Origin: Geosiphon pyriformis uo1
Taxonomy: Eukaryota > Fungi > Glomeromycota
DNA length: 64,000 bases
Reading direction: 5' to 3'
NCBI GenBank assembly: GCA_016748015.1
Contig: JAAOMT010000777.1
Span: forward strand, 314,347 to 378,346
The notes under the pieces were generated by a model that saw only the letters and a program-made list of their open reading frames with translations, was not told the origin of the DNA and did not search any database. The position numbers and the translations under genes were made by a program. Positions 49,291 to 61,900 of this stretch are shown here, in pieces. The number at the start of each line of letters is the position of its first letter. The stretch's first letter is position 1.

Positions 49291-52200
49291 CATTTCAACT
49301 CTTGTTCCTTGGAGAGATCTGGTAATGTGATGTATTGTTTATAGTTCAAATCGGGTTTTGAATCTGAGTCTGAATTGTTTTCATTGTTATTGCCATTTTG
49401 AATGGAGCTAGAACTGTTGTTTTTGTCATCATCATTGGAGTCTGGATCATGATTGATCAGCAATTCTGTTTCCAATGCACAGCTGCTGATTGGTTCTTCT
49501 TCTTCAGGGATCGAGTAGATCATGCGTGGTGGTGGATTGTAAATGAGGTCACAATCATCACAATATTCAAAGTCACTGGGAATTAAACAATGATGACACA
49601 GTTTTGTATTTAACTGTGCTAGCCATTGTTTTTGCTCTTCTCTAGTGGGTGCCAAGTTTTGGTAGTGTTCATAAAACTCTTCTGGTTCTAGAAAATTTAT
49701 AACTGGCTCTGCATCCCAGTCAAGCTCGATGGGTTCTGGTGGGTTGTTTTTAATTGTCCGGATTTCTTCTGGCAACGCGCCTTCAATTTTGGCGGTTGCC
49801 ATTCTCCAAATTTTGTCATCATCATGTGGACAACTGTCTAATTGTTGCACTGCTCTTTGCCAAGTGGCTTCAATTGGTGTCCTCTTTTTAACCCAGTCAC
49901 TGATCAGAATTGTGTATTGACACTCTACATTATATGTTCCTCCCCATCCGGGAATGTCATGCCACATTTTTTCATCCAAGAGAGTCTCTCCACAAGCTAA
50001 GCATGGCTGATTGTCCTATTTCCCTACTTGTTTTGGTCTTCCAAAGTGTTCAAGGATGCATAGGTGGCAATAGAACCTAGTTGCCATTGAATATTCCTCA
50101 TTGTCCTCACAGCATGTGCCTATTGACGACAATTTCTTACCACAATCATCACATATAAGCTTAGGTCGACGATAGGTAGATTGTTGTGGTATAGTGTAGG
50201 TGTTATAAATAGTGGTGGTTTGGGTGGTCTTTTCTTCTTTCCCTTTTCTTTTATTTTTTTTGTCTTCTTCCCATTTCCAGCTTGATGTCAGTTTGCTCTT
50301 GTCATTGTCGGTCCATGTCAAGTCATCAGTTTCCCAGGTAAGTTTTTCTTTTTGTTTCCCTTTTCCCTTGTTGCTGTCATCTCAGAAGAGTATTGGCAGT
50401 AGTTCATTGTGCTCTTCATCTGCCCACAACACTTGGTAGGCTTCCCCAATAGGCTTTTCTTTCTCCTCCTCCAGTTCGATCAATAGTTTCTCTCTTGGAG
50501 GAGTTTTGAAGTGGCCACACGTGGCTGGAACACATATGTGTTGGCCCTGATACGTTAGTTGAAGTTCCTGGGTGTTTCAGTCTAACGTTGCATTGACTTT
50601 GGATAGCCAGTTATTACTAACGAGAGCTTGGTATTGAGTGGCTTCCATCACTAGAACTTTGATGAGAGTCATGATGTCATTGACTTTAAAAGGAAAGTCG
50701 TCAATTTCGCTGATTAGAGTTTTGGTTACTCCATTGGCTGTGATGATTCTGGCACTGGCAGCTCAATCAACTCGGCGACCTAATTAATCCATAAATTGTT
50801 TCATGATTATGCTGCTTGCAGAACCGCTGTCCAGGATTAATTTGATGAATTGTCCTTCTACTTTGGTATCAGTGTACATCACGGTGATTGGTTTGGCTTC
50901 AAGAGTGGCTCCACTAAATAATGGCATTGCAGCTGTTTCCTCAAATTCGAATGGGAAGATAGTGGCCAATGACTTGTCTTTGGTGATGGTAGCAGGTGGA
51001 ATATTACTGGTGAGTGGTTGTTTTTGGGTAAATACCAGGTTACTGGTTGAAGCGTCTTCTGGGGTGACCAGGAAACTTAAATAGTTCTGGGAATTCAAGT
51101 TCTGGAATTGACCAGTACCCGAATTCTGCTGGCATAATCCAGATGGTTGCTGTGAAGAACTGGGGATCGATTGATAGACTACTATCGCCAATCTCCAGCT
51201 CTATTGAGTCATTCTCGGTCTTTGAGTTCCATTGGGTGGTAAGCTTTGGGGTGGTGTTTGGATCTGTTGGGATTGATAGATTATTTGTGGCTGTGGTTGA
51301 TATATTACTTGTGGCTGCAGCTGATAAATCGGAGATTGATATACTGAAGACTGATAGACTGATGACTGCATCACTGGTAGGTAAGCGGGTGGGTTTTGAT
51401 TTGGGTACTGATTCAGAGTTTGGAACTGGCGATCGGGGTTTTGATATTGATTTTCCGATCATTGGTTATTTAAACGCTGGCGACAGTTAATTTGAATATG
51501 TTTTTGTTTACCACAATAGTGGCAGATACATGTTTCCTGTTGTCACTGTTGATTGGTTGATGGAGATGGATGTGGTTGATTTTGGGCATGATTAGAGTTT
51601 CCTTGATTATTGCGTTGTTGTAGAGGCTGATAAATAGTGTGATTGTCAGCTAAGTATCCTTCCAATCTCTTATTGATTGATTTACTGAACTTCTCCAATT
51701 TGGAATCCAATTCAGATGATCCATTCATTACTAGATTAATAGCTTGGGCGTGGTTAGCCTCTAACTCAGCAGATTCAAAATTTCTGGTGTGTGTGACTGT
51801 ATCTTGAAGGGTGCCTGGATGCAACGGATGTACATGTTGCAAGATGCTGCTGTGCAGGCCACAGATAAACTGATTGAGTATCTGTGGTGCTGTGAAATAG
51901 TTGGTGTCAATTGCTTGAATTTGGTGTAGGTTTTAATGGAAGCATCCCAAGTAAGTGGTAACTGCTTCAGTTTCTCCTTGTTTTATGGTGGTGAATGCAT
52001 TGACTAGGCAATTGATGCTGTTATTGTTGCTGAAGTATCTTAGGAATTCCACTTTGAAGGCATTAAAATCTTGTGGTTTATTAATCAAGCTCTGGTACCA
52101 TGAATCAGTGGTATCTTTGAGAAAGTAGGGAATGGCTTGCATTGCTCGAGTGTCATTCCATCCATTGGCTATGATGGCCTTTTCTACATCATTCAGCCAT

Positions 52201-53308
52201 ATTTGAGTGTCATCCTCTTCCCCCATAAAGTTGTCAAGTTTTGTGATTGGTGTGTAGGCTATTGGATCTAAGTTAGGTGGTTGTGGTGGCTGTTGAAGCA
52301 GTTGTTGTTGTCCTGGCTGTTGAGGTGGTAGCTGAAGTGGCTGCTGTATGGGTTCGGCTATGGAATTAATCGGCGGTTGATTGATAACAATTACTGGAGA
52401 TAAGTTTTGCTGATTAATTAATTCAGGTTTTTGATTTCTTTAATTTGGTGGTGTTCGAATATTTGGAGTTTTGATTTCTGGATTTTCTAACTGTTGCTGA
52501 GTTTGAAAGTTTGGGGTTTCAACTTCTGGGTTTTCAGTGATCGGGTGCTGGTAAGTGAATTTTTGATCTTCTGATTCTTCTTTCTTCTTTTCTGATTCCG
52601 CTGCTTCCCATGGATCAGAGATTCCAAAATCTGGTAGAGGTGGGAATGATCGAAGTCCTGATGGGATTGATGATCGCGAATTAAATCCCTCAAAGTATTC
52701 GCTGTATGGTCCTAACAATTCTGTTTTCTTTTGTTTACTTTGGAATAGGAATCATCCAAATGTTGATGTCACAGTTGATGGAAATGCGTCTGTTAATGAT
52801 ATGTTGATGGCACTTCTAGGTGTATAGTGATAGGATAGATTGCTTGGAGATTCAACTCTGTTTTTCTTCCAAGCAGGTGGCTGTATTTTTCTGGGTGTTA
52901 CTGCTGGTGTTTGTAATTTTCCCTTGCCTTTACTAGCATATGTAATTGGATATCTTTGTTGAGTGTGGTGTTCAATTTCTTTGTTGATCTCAGTGATGAT
53001 GGATGCAAAATTATGGTTTGTTGGTAGGTTGATGTTTTGAATTAATTCCTTATAGAAAGTTTCTCTTGCTGATTTAATATTCACTGGTGTTCCTAATAAA
53101 GAGAAAATCTTTTTGTTAATGTAGAAATTGAAGGCTGATTTGGTGGATATATGATTGTGGTTTAATCCCAAGTATTGACAATAGTGTTGAAATAAGGATT
53201 TTGCAAATCCTAAATGGTTTGCTCCTATAATTTCTGATTCTGCCACTTTTAATTTGGTGTTGTTGGTGTTGGTTCTCTGTAGGATTATACCTTACAGAGA
53301 GCACCAAA

Positions 53309-54191
53309 TGTTACAAGTGATTATTTTTGTTGTGGAATTGAGTAACAAACCCGTAACTTAGTGCTCAAAAGCTACTTTTGTGAATGATGTGCAGAAGGTA
53401 TGATATTTGAAGGTTTTGGTTGATCTGAAGGTTTTTGTTGTGGAGTTCTTTGTATAATAGACAGAGATTCAATAAGATTGATAGTGGTTGTATCCTCAAG
53501 TGGTTTTCCCAATTTCTTTCTCAGCGTAGTGGCCAGATTTAGTCTGGCAGTCATGCTCTTCTGGTAAGCTATCTGATAATATATATAAAATCCTACTCTT
53601 ATTTCTGGGTCTTTTACCAGGCTATTCTTGACGTCAATAACTCAGTGCTTAATCTTTTAATCAATTAGTATACAACAACAAAATCAAAGAAAGAAAGGAA
53701 ATAAAATAAAAAAAATAAAAATAAAAAAAATAAGCCAAGGCAATTTGGTCTGTTAGTATCTTGTTAATAGCCGTAATCAAGAGCTATTGTTCCAACGTGG
53801 TTAAGTAGCAATTACTATTAACATGAAGTGTTAATAGTGAATAGTGGATTGAGATATGGAATAATTATTTATTTGATGATTGGTTTCTTGGCTAAAGATT
53901 TTGTGGTATCGATTCTGTTTTTTCTGTTTCTAACACTACTGCTATATATACATAATTGGGATTCCTCAATTCCTCAATTCTTCACGACAGGAATCCTGGA
54001 ATTCTGGAATCCTACAATTCCTTATTGGGAATCCTGAAATTCCTGGAATCCTGCAATTCCTCGTTGGAAATCCTGAAATTCCTGAAATCCTGCAATTCCT
54101 AAGAGGAATCCTGAAATTCCACATTTACTATGCTTACTTCTGATTGGCTAATAATTATGCTAATATATTTCCTATATTTTTATGAGTAACA
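53309..54191 (-). repeat. 5' LTR of the Gypsy element
   Basis: TG...CA ends; followed on the minus strand by a TGG-starting PBS. Confidence 0.9.
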
Positions 54192-55964
54192 ATGTTTTAT
54201 ACTTGTAACTTTAATACTATTTGTTTTCATATGAAAAAAATTTTATTGTTTGTAATCTCAATCTACACTAATAGTTCTGTTAAAAACTTTAGTTTTTTTG
54301 GTGCAGTTAAAAGTACTGCCACATATTTTTCTAATATGAATTTAAATATGAAGATTAAAGTTCATGGTTTATTTTTTTTTACTTTGGCTAAAATACAAAC
54401 TATAGTGTTAATTCTTAAATATATTTTAGTTTGTTTTAATGTTACAATTTTTTTAAACAGTCAAGCTTTTATAGATGTATGTTAAACAAAGTTAAAACTA
54501 AAGACATTTGATTTTTGCAACAAATGTTAGATTAAAAAGTGTTATATTAATAATTTAGTCAAAGACAAAAATATTTCTGTAAGATAAACTAAGATAAAAG
54601 ATCATTTTAGTGTGTTAAACAATAATATAGCTGATAAATTAGCTAACAGAACTACATCTTTGAAGCTTGTTTTACCAGTTAACAGTAGAAAATATTTCTT
54701 AAAAGTTAATAAAAGAGTGTTGTCTGACAATACTTAGCATTTTATTAAAACAGTTTGTAATACTATAAGGCATTTTTAATGAAAATTTGGATCTAATTTT
54801 AATGTAGTAGATTCTTTACATGTTGAAAACATAAATTAAAAGCTTATTATTTTGGTTTTGCAATTTGATTCTTACATAGTAGTTAAATACACAAGCAGAC
54901 AAACTGTTAACTTATATATATATTTGATAAAAGCACTACATAATAAATTGTCTATGACAATTAAGAAGTACTTATATAATTACAATTATCTAAATATGTT
55001 GTATAGTAACAAGATGAAATTTTTGGATTATAGTTTTGTTTGTAGTTTAAACTTGTCTCTTATTAAGATCTGCTAAAAAAATGCTTATTTTTTGACTGAT
55101 ACTACTTTGGTTATATTAGAAATTTTTTAGTTATTGGCTTTATGTATTTTTGATATATGTTTGTACATACTATTATATAAGAGATTTGTGTTTAATAGTT
55201 GGTTAGTAAAAACCAAGACTTTTTTTAAGAATACTAATTTTGTTACAAATAAGTTGGTTAAATTTGTTCAAAAGTTAGTTATTAATTACAAAAAATGAAT
55301 TTGAATATTTAATTTAAAGCTTTGAACTAATATGAATTGTAGAAATTTGTTACAAAAAGATAGTTTTTTGCTTGATATTATTCATGGCCTTTCTGTTAAA
55401 GTTTTAAGTAATGTTGCTTAGTTGTTAAGAATTAAAGAAGATTATATAGTTAGTTTTGGTTTAAGAATAGATAATTTGTTTTTTGTTAACATAGCTAAAA
55501 AAGTTATAATTAATATAGTTACATAATATAACTTTAATTGGCCAAATGACTGGTTACATATAGCAAGTATGTAATTTATATCTAATTTAAAATTCTATTA
55601 TTAAATTTTACTTATAAATACAATAAATAAATAAAAAATGATTAATAAATTTTTTTAAACAGAATATATAAAATATAATAATAAATTAAAAATATTAAAG
55701 ATTTAATAATAAAATCAATGATATATATAAATAGTTTAATTAATTTTTATTTAGATTTTAATTATTAAATTTTAAAATTTATAATTATTTTAAATAATAA
55801 TATAATTAAACATATATAATAAAATTTTTAAAATATTGAATTAAGTTTTATTAATTTATTTATTAATTTAAAAATAAGTTTTTAATTATAATTTTAAGTT
55901 TTTATATAAAAGTTTATTTAAATATAAAATTAGAATAAATTAATAATAATAATAATAATAATAT

Positions 55965-58900
55965 TTTTTTATTTTATTTTATTTTATGAGTGCAGCCCAA
56001 CCACTATCTAAGTACATAAATCAAACGAGGATCTAAATTAAGCATGGCTCACGCATTTTTTACATGTAACCAGCCACTCGGGCTAATCAAAGCAACACTA
56101 CACACCTACACAGCCTATAACAAGAACCCCATTCAGGAAACCAAAATCTAAACTAGACAAACATAGATACAGCCCAAAACTAACATGTATGCCTAATTTA
56201 ATACCAAAACCACAGATAACATCAGATGACCACAAGAAAGACAGACTTGAAACTGAGGGAATCAAAGAACCATCACGTGGCAAAAAATCATGTTTCTTAT
56301 AATACACCCTCAGCTTAGCAGCAGACAACCATATAAAAGAACAATGATTCTCAGCAAAATGTCAAACAAACTTGACAACAAACACACCATCATCAGAATT
56401 AGCACCCAACCAGTAACACACGTTGTTACGGAATGGTTTTCTTGTTATATTTAATTGCTGATATCCCGCTTTAATTGCAATCAGTCTTTCGTGAGTTCCT
56501 CAATTCTATTTGTGTGATAATGTCACTGTTACACTGAAGGCTTTCTTTTTACTGTTGCAATGTAAGTTATTCTTTAATTCTTGATTGTTGTGTGTGTTTA
56601 TGTACTCCTTNNNNNNNNNNNNNNNNNNNNNNNNNNNNNNNNNNNNNNNNNNNNNNNNNNNNNNNNNNNNNNNNNNNNNNNNNNNNNNNNNNNNNNNNNN
56701 NNNNNNNNNNNNNNNNNNNNNNNNNNNNNNNNNNNNNNNNNNNNNNNNNNNNNNNNNNNNNNNNNNNNNNNNNNNNNNNNNNNNNNNNNNNNNNNNNNNN
56801 NNNNNNNNNNNNNNNNNNNNNNNNNNNNNNNNNNNNNNNNNNNNNNNNNNNNNNNNNNNNNNNNNNNNNNNNNNNNNNNNNNNNNNNNNNNNNNNNNNNN
56901 NNNNNNNNNNNNGTATACATAGCAGTGATTGGGCATTTTTTGTCCAATGCTGCTCCACTGAACATAGTCTCGTTTTCTTCTAATTCAAAAGGAAAATAGC
57001 TGTGAGGCTGCTATTTTCAGTGGCAACTGCTGGTGGTATTGTCTGGCTCAATTTGGAGGAATTCTTAGTTCTGTTTATGTTTCTACTGTCATTGTTTCCG
57101 ATGATCAGGTTTTCCGGTATATTAAGGTAAGTTTGTTGATAATTTTGGTAGTTTGGATTGGTTTGCTGATTGGTTCTGGCGCGGTTTGGATTCCTCTGGA
57201 CCAACACGTTCTGGTTCCACATGGGCTGATTTCGGGCCTCGGGATGCCAATTCGGGTTGGCTATCATGGGCTGTTGCTGGTAAGCTCTTTGATTTTGATA
57301 TGTGGTGGGATATTGGCATGGTATTGGCGTGTACTGGTTTCTGAGCATTTGGGGTGGCGCGTAGTAATTATTTTCGCGTGCTTTCTGCATCATTTGCGTT
57401 CGACATTGACTAATCAAATGTCCTACACGTTTGCAAAAATGGCAGGCGCGTGTTTCTGTTCTGAATTCCTGGTGCGACGGGCGATTATTTCGACTGTCGC
57501 TGACTTCCTGGCTGCGTCTTTGGGGTGGTTGGTATGTATTTTTTCTCGGATCCGGGATGAGGTAACTTTCTATTTTCTTAGAGAGTTCCTCCCCTAATCG
57601 TGTTACTCTTTTCTCTAATGTTTCTGTCTTATTTTCCTCCATTACCATGTTAACCATTTGACTATGGTTAGCTTCTTTCTCAGCCGATTCAAGGGCTCTG
57701 GCGAGCGTAACGGCTTCTGGTAAGGAATTAGGGTGGGCAGGGCGTACTCTTCCTAAAATGCTGCTTTTTAATCCTCTAATAAACTGATTTAAAACCTGAN
57801 NNNNNNNNNNNNNNNNNNNAATTTCCAGTGTATCCGGAGTCAATTACTCTTCCTTGAACGCTTATTCCTTTTTTTGCGAGGCTTGATCGCGACGCCATTT
57901 GAACCATTATTCCTGGCGGAATTTCAACCGCTAATTTTAGGTCGATTTTGGTGATGCTCCTGGGTGGTAACGTTGTGGATTGGTCTTCCGAATAACATAG
58001 ATCGAATCCGGCGTCGGTTGGATGGGCTCTTTCGGGTATTATTCCTAAGTGCTCATTGTCGAAGTATCGGATGTCGGTCACCTGTTCTAGGTCGGTATAG
58101 GCTACAAATTTTTCTGACTCAGGACCGTCAGGTGAGTCTTGTTGATTTATTGATTGATTTTGAGACTGCTGATTCTCAATTTCCATTTTTTTTTCTAAGT
58201 CCCTTTCGTCTTAACACTCTTCACAGCACTGACTTTGGCATGGGATGAGACAGTTTTCGCAGAGGTAAGTGTTAATTTGGGCGAGGTATTGTTCTTGCTC
58301 TTGTCGAGTGGGGCATAATTGTTGGTAGTAGTCCTGAAATTCGTCCACTGGGTCGAACATGTTGTAGCTGGTGACTTCGTTGGCTACTTCAGCTGACTCT
58401 TTCCAACGTCGTATTTCTTCGGCGGTTCCTCCTCTTACTTTGGCTTGTGCGGTGTTGTACAACTCATCCTCGTCGTGTGGGTAGTGCTGTAGTCTTTTTA
58501 ACGCTCTGTTGAACGCTGCTTCGAACAGTGTTCCTCCTCTTACCCAGTCACAGATGAGGATCGTGTATTGGCAAGTTGCGTCACACGTTCCTCCTCTGTC
58601 TGGTAAGTCGTTCCAGTCGCACCCTCTTGGTAACAGTTCTCCACAAGTGAGGCATGGTTCCTTGTCCCATTTTCCGTGTCTTTCTGGGTAACCGTATTTT
58701 TCTTTGTTACAATGGTTACAATAGTAGTGGGTGGGGTTTCTTGGGTCTTTGTCCGGTGTGCTGCACGCAGTCATAGACGAGAGTTTCTTCTTGCAAACCG
58801 AGCATTCTAGCTTTGGTCTGCGTCACTGGTGGTTTCTTCGTGAACTTACCTGGTTCCATTCGGATCTTTCTTCACTGGTCCACGTTGGTACGGCTGGTAG

Positions 58901-61900
58901 TCCTGTTCTTTGGTCATCAGCCCAAGAGAGCTGATAGGTTTCGATGGCTGGTAGTGCTGGATTTTCCTCAAATTCGAAGGTAGGTCTTTGGTTGGCGCTG
59001 GGTTTTTGGAAGTGGCCACAGATGGCTGGAATTTTGGCCTGGTGGCCATTATAATTGATCAGAAGCTCTTGGGTGGTCCAGTCTAGGGTGGCGTTGGCTT
59101 TTGTTAGCCAGTCATTCCCTACTAATGCTTGATATTGTGTAGTGTCCATTACTAATACTTTTGTAGGTATTACTATGCCATTAATTTCGAAAGGGAATGA
59201 GTCGATTTCGTCATAAGGCAGCTTTGTACTTCCATCAGCTGTTATGATTTGGGACGTTGCAGCACGATCAACTTTGAAACCCAGTTGGTTTACTAGTTAA
59301 AGCGTTACAATGCTTCCAGCGGATCCACTGTCTAAGATAAGTTTGATTGGGATATTGTTTACAGTGGCTTCCGTATACATAGCAGTGATTGGGCATTTTT
59401 TGTCCAATGCTGCTCCACTGAACATAGTCTCGTTTTCTTCTAATTCAAAAGGAAAATAGCTGTGAGGCTGCTATTTTCAGTGGCAACTGCTGGTGGTATT
59501 GTCTGGCTCAATTTGGAGGAATTCTTAGTTCTGTTTATGTTTCTACTGTCATTGTTTCCGATGATCAGGTTTTCCGGTATATTAAGGTAAGTTTGTTGAT
59601 AATTTTGGTAGTTTGGATTGGTTTGCTGATTGGTTCTGGCGCGGTTTGGATTCCTCTGGACCAACACGTTCTGGTTCCACATGGGCTGATTTCGGGCCTC
59701 GGGATGCCNNNNNNNNNNNNNNNNNNNNCTGACGGCGAATTCGATTGAATCGAGCAAGGTATTGGGTGACAGTTTCACTGGTATTTTGCTTGATAGTATT
59801 GAATTCGTTCTGTAGTTGGATTACGGCGTTTGGGTTGCTAAAATACTCCAGGAGTGCATTTTTAAATTCGGCGAAGCTCATGGGTTTTGTTTCCAGGCTT
59901 TGATACCACGAGTCGGCTGTGCCTTTCAGGAAGAAAGGTAATGTTTGAATTGCTCTTTGGTCGTTCCAGTTATTTGCCTGGATGGCTTTTTGTGCTTCTT
60001 TGAGCCATGTGTGCACGTCCGTTTCTTCTTCCTCTCCTGAAAAATCTGTTAGTCTTGCAATGTATGGTGTGGTCATTTCGTTGCCATTTTCTGCTAGTGG
60101 GTTTATTGGTCTAAGAGGAGGTGGGATGATATTTCCTTGAGCGTTCCTAAAGGTGGCTTCCTTTATATCCGGTTCTTCCTCTTAATCACGAGTTTCTTGG
60201 TTTCTGGACTGGCTGCTTGTTCCAGTGACTGGTCTTGTGATTGTTTTTTCACTGGTCTCTTTTTCGGATTCTGATTCAGACTCCTCTTCACGGTTTTCAA
60301 ACCCCGTTCTAAATTTTGGCTGAAAAAGAGGGTTTTGGAATAGTGATGAATATCCTCCTGTAATTGGTATGTCTCCTCAGTTATGTTGTTTAATTTTATC
60401 AATATAACTAGGAATTCTTGGCGTTTGTGGAGTTGATGTTGATGATGATGCAGCTCCTAATGGAATTTGTATCTTATTTTCTGGTGAAAAATGGTATGAT
60501 TTATCTTCTGGTGAATAAATACGTTGTTTCTTTATTGATTAAGTGACAGTTTTCTTTGGCGTTTGAGCTGGTGTTCCTAGTTTTTGCTGGTTACTTTCCT
60601 GATTAGTTTCTAAATTTTCTTTGGTTTTGTTGGTGCGTTCCCTAGTGTTTCCTGTGGATATTGGAAAATTTTTGTTGGCGTATTGCTCAATTTCTCGATG
60701 GATTTTGACAATAGTTGCGGCTATTACTGCTACTTCTTTTGTAGTGTATTGTGATAATTTTCTATACAATCCAAGTTNNNNNNNNNNNNNNNNNNNNNNN
60801 NNNNNNNNNNNNNNNNNNNNNNNNNNNNNNNNNNNNNNNNNNNNNNNNNNNNNNNNNNNNNNNNNNNNNNNNNNNNNNNNNNNNNNNNNNNNNNNNNNNN
60901 NNNNNNNNNNNNNNNNNNNNNNNNNNNNNNNNNNNGAGAAAATACTTTCTTTTTGATATTTCAACCTGGTGCTTGCTGCTATCACCAGTTGGTGTTGGCT
61001 GCTATTGTGAACTGGTGCTTGCCACTATCGTGAGATGGTGTTTGCTACTATGTTAATCATTACCTTTCTAAGATTATTACTGTGCTATATTATGATTGAA
61101 TAGTTTGTATTATTTTTATGATTCTTTTTGCTAAATTCTTAAATCGTAACAACGTTATCAACCCAAGATTTTAACACAAAACCTTTAGCTAGTGCTATAT
61201 ACAGCTCAGTAGACACACCCGCCATTCCCAAAAAACAAAAAACCACACCACCATCAGCACAAACACCCAATAAGTCAGCCCAATCAAGAGCAGCAGCAGA
61301 CAGCAACTCCTTCCTAGCATTGTTATCAGAAAGGCAGGAGAAAGTGTGATCAGAATTCTCCAACAAGCCACACCTGATGCAAGCAACACTCGGATACTTA
61401 GAATTATACAATCTTTTCCTGGCAGCCACCAGCAAATGACAGTGCAGTGCTTTTATAAAATATGAGTGGAGCAAAGCCGACGTCGAGCTGGTAAAGCCAG
61501 AGCCAATCTTGCCATCGGAATGCCAAACACTAAAAGTCCTAGCCCTGTCAAAATCATCATAGGGAATTGCATCCACAAAAACACCCACATATCTGGCTTC
61601 CCAACCAACAAAGTTAACCGCATTGAATAAAGCCTTAACAAATTGGTGAGCATTTCCAGAAACAGGCCTTCCTTCCACTCTGAGAAAATAAAAAGGCACC
61701 ACAGGGGTCAAAATAAAGCTAGAGATAACAGCAGAATTGGTGTAGAAATTGGCACACTCATTTCCAACATCACCAGAATGGCCCTTGACCTTATTCCAAG
61801 TAACTGATAAACTTTTTTTAGAAATAATTTGACTAATATATTCCTTCTCAATCCAACATTTATTCCAAAAATCAGGACCAAACCCACCAAACCTAAAGCA

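Larger units (their letters stand above)
43967..54191 (-). mobile_element. Full-length but decayed Ty3/Gypsy LTR retrotransposon with dUTPase: gag(CCHC)-protease-Cys-rich region-dUTPase-RT-RNase H-integrase-extra ORF
   Basis: LTRs at 43967-44899 and 53309-54191 with TSD ATGT; PBS TGGTGCTCTCTG at ~53290-53307; purine tract at ~44900-44914; CHYCGKQKHIQINC; LILDSGS; dUTPase ASRSSLA/RG..GFGS; RT YLDN (decayed YLDD); integrase H..H/C..C, GIDL and NGLIERFNRT in Gypsy order. Confidence 0.93.
31100..55638 (+). mobile_element. LINE-A: old, highly AT-mutated non-LTR retrotransposon split into ~31100-31418, 39191-43966 and 54192-55638 by later insertions
   Basis: ORF1-like translation continues across the insertion (ATILKAKRFNIGL-NN|GFFIG...DTPKEMII). 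Degenerate APE, RT (SNSKAAELSDISNKMWKH) and RNase H remnants parallel LINE-B, and an A-rich tail lies at ~55621-55638. The 5' start is approximate. Confidence 0.7.

Noticed and set aside
59440-59460. Programmed gag-pol frameshift at ATTTTCCTTTTGAA in Gypsy-2
   Set aside because: The equivalent IFPFE region is in frame in Gypsy-1 and there is no clear slippery heptamer; a 1-bp deletion is simpler.
56913-59708. Identical ~335-bp duplication (56913-57248 and 59373-59708) and scrambled domain order in Gypsy-2
   Set aside because: Both copies abut N gaps and the 57249-57799 gag block fits the gap at 59709, so this is most likely a scaffolding artefact.
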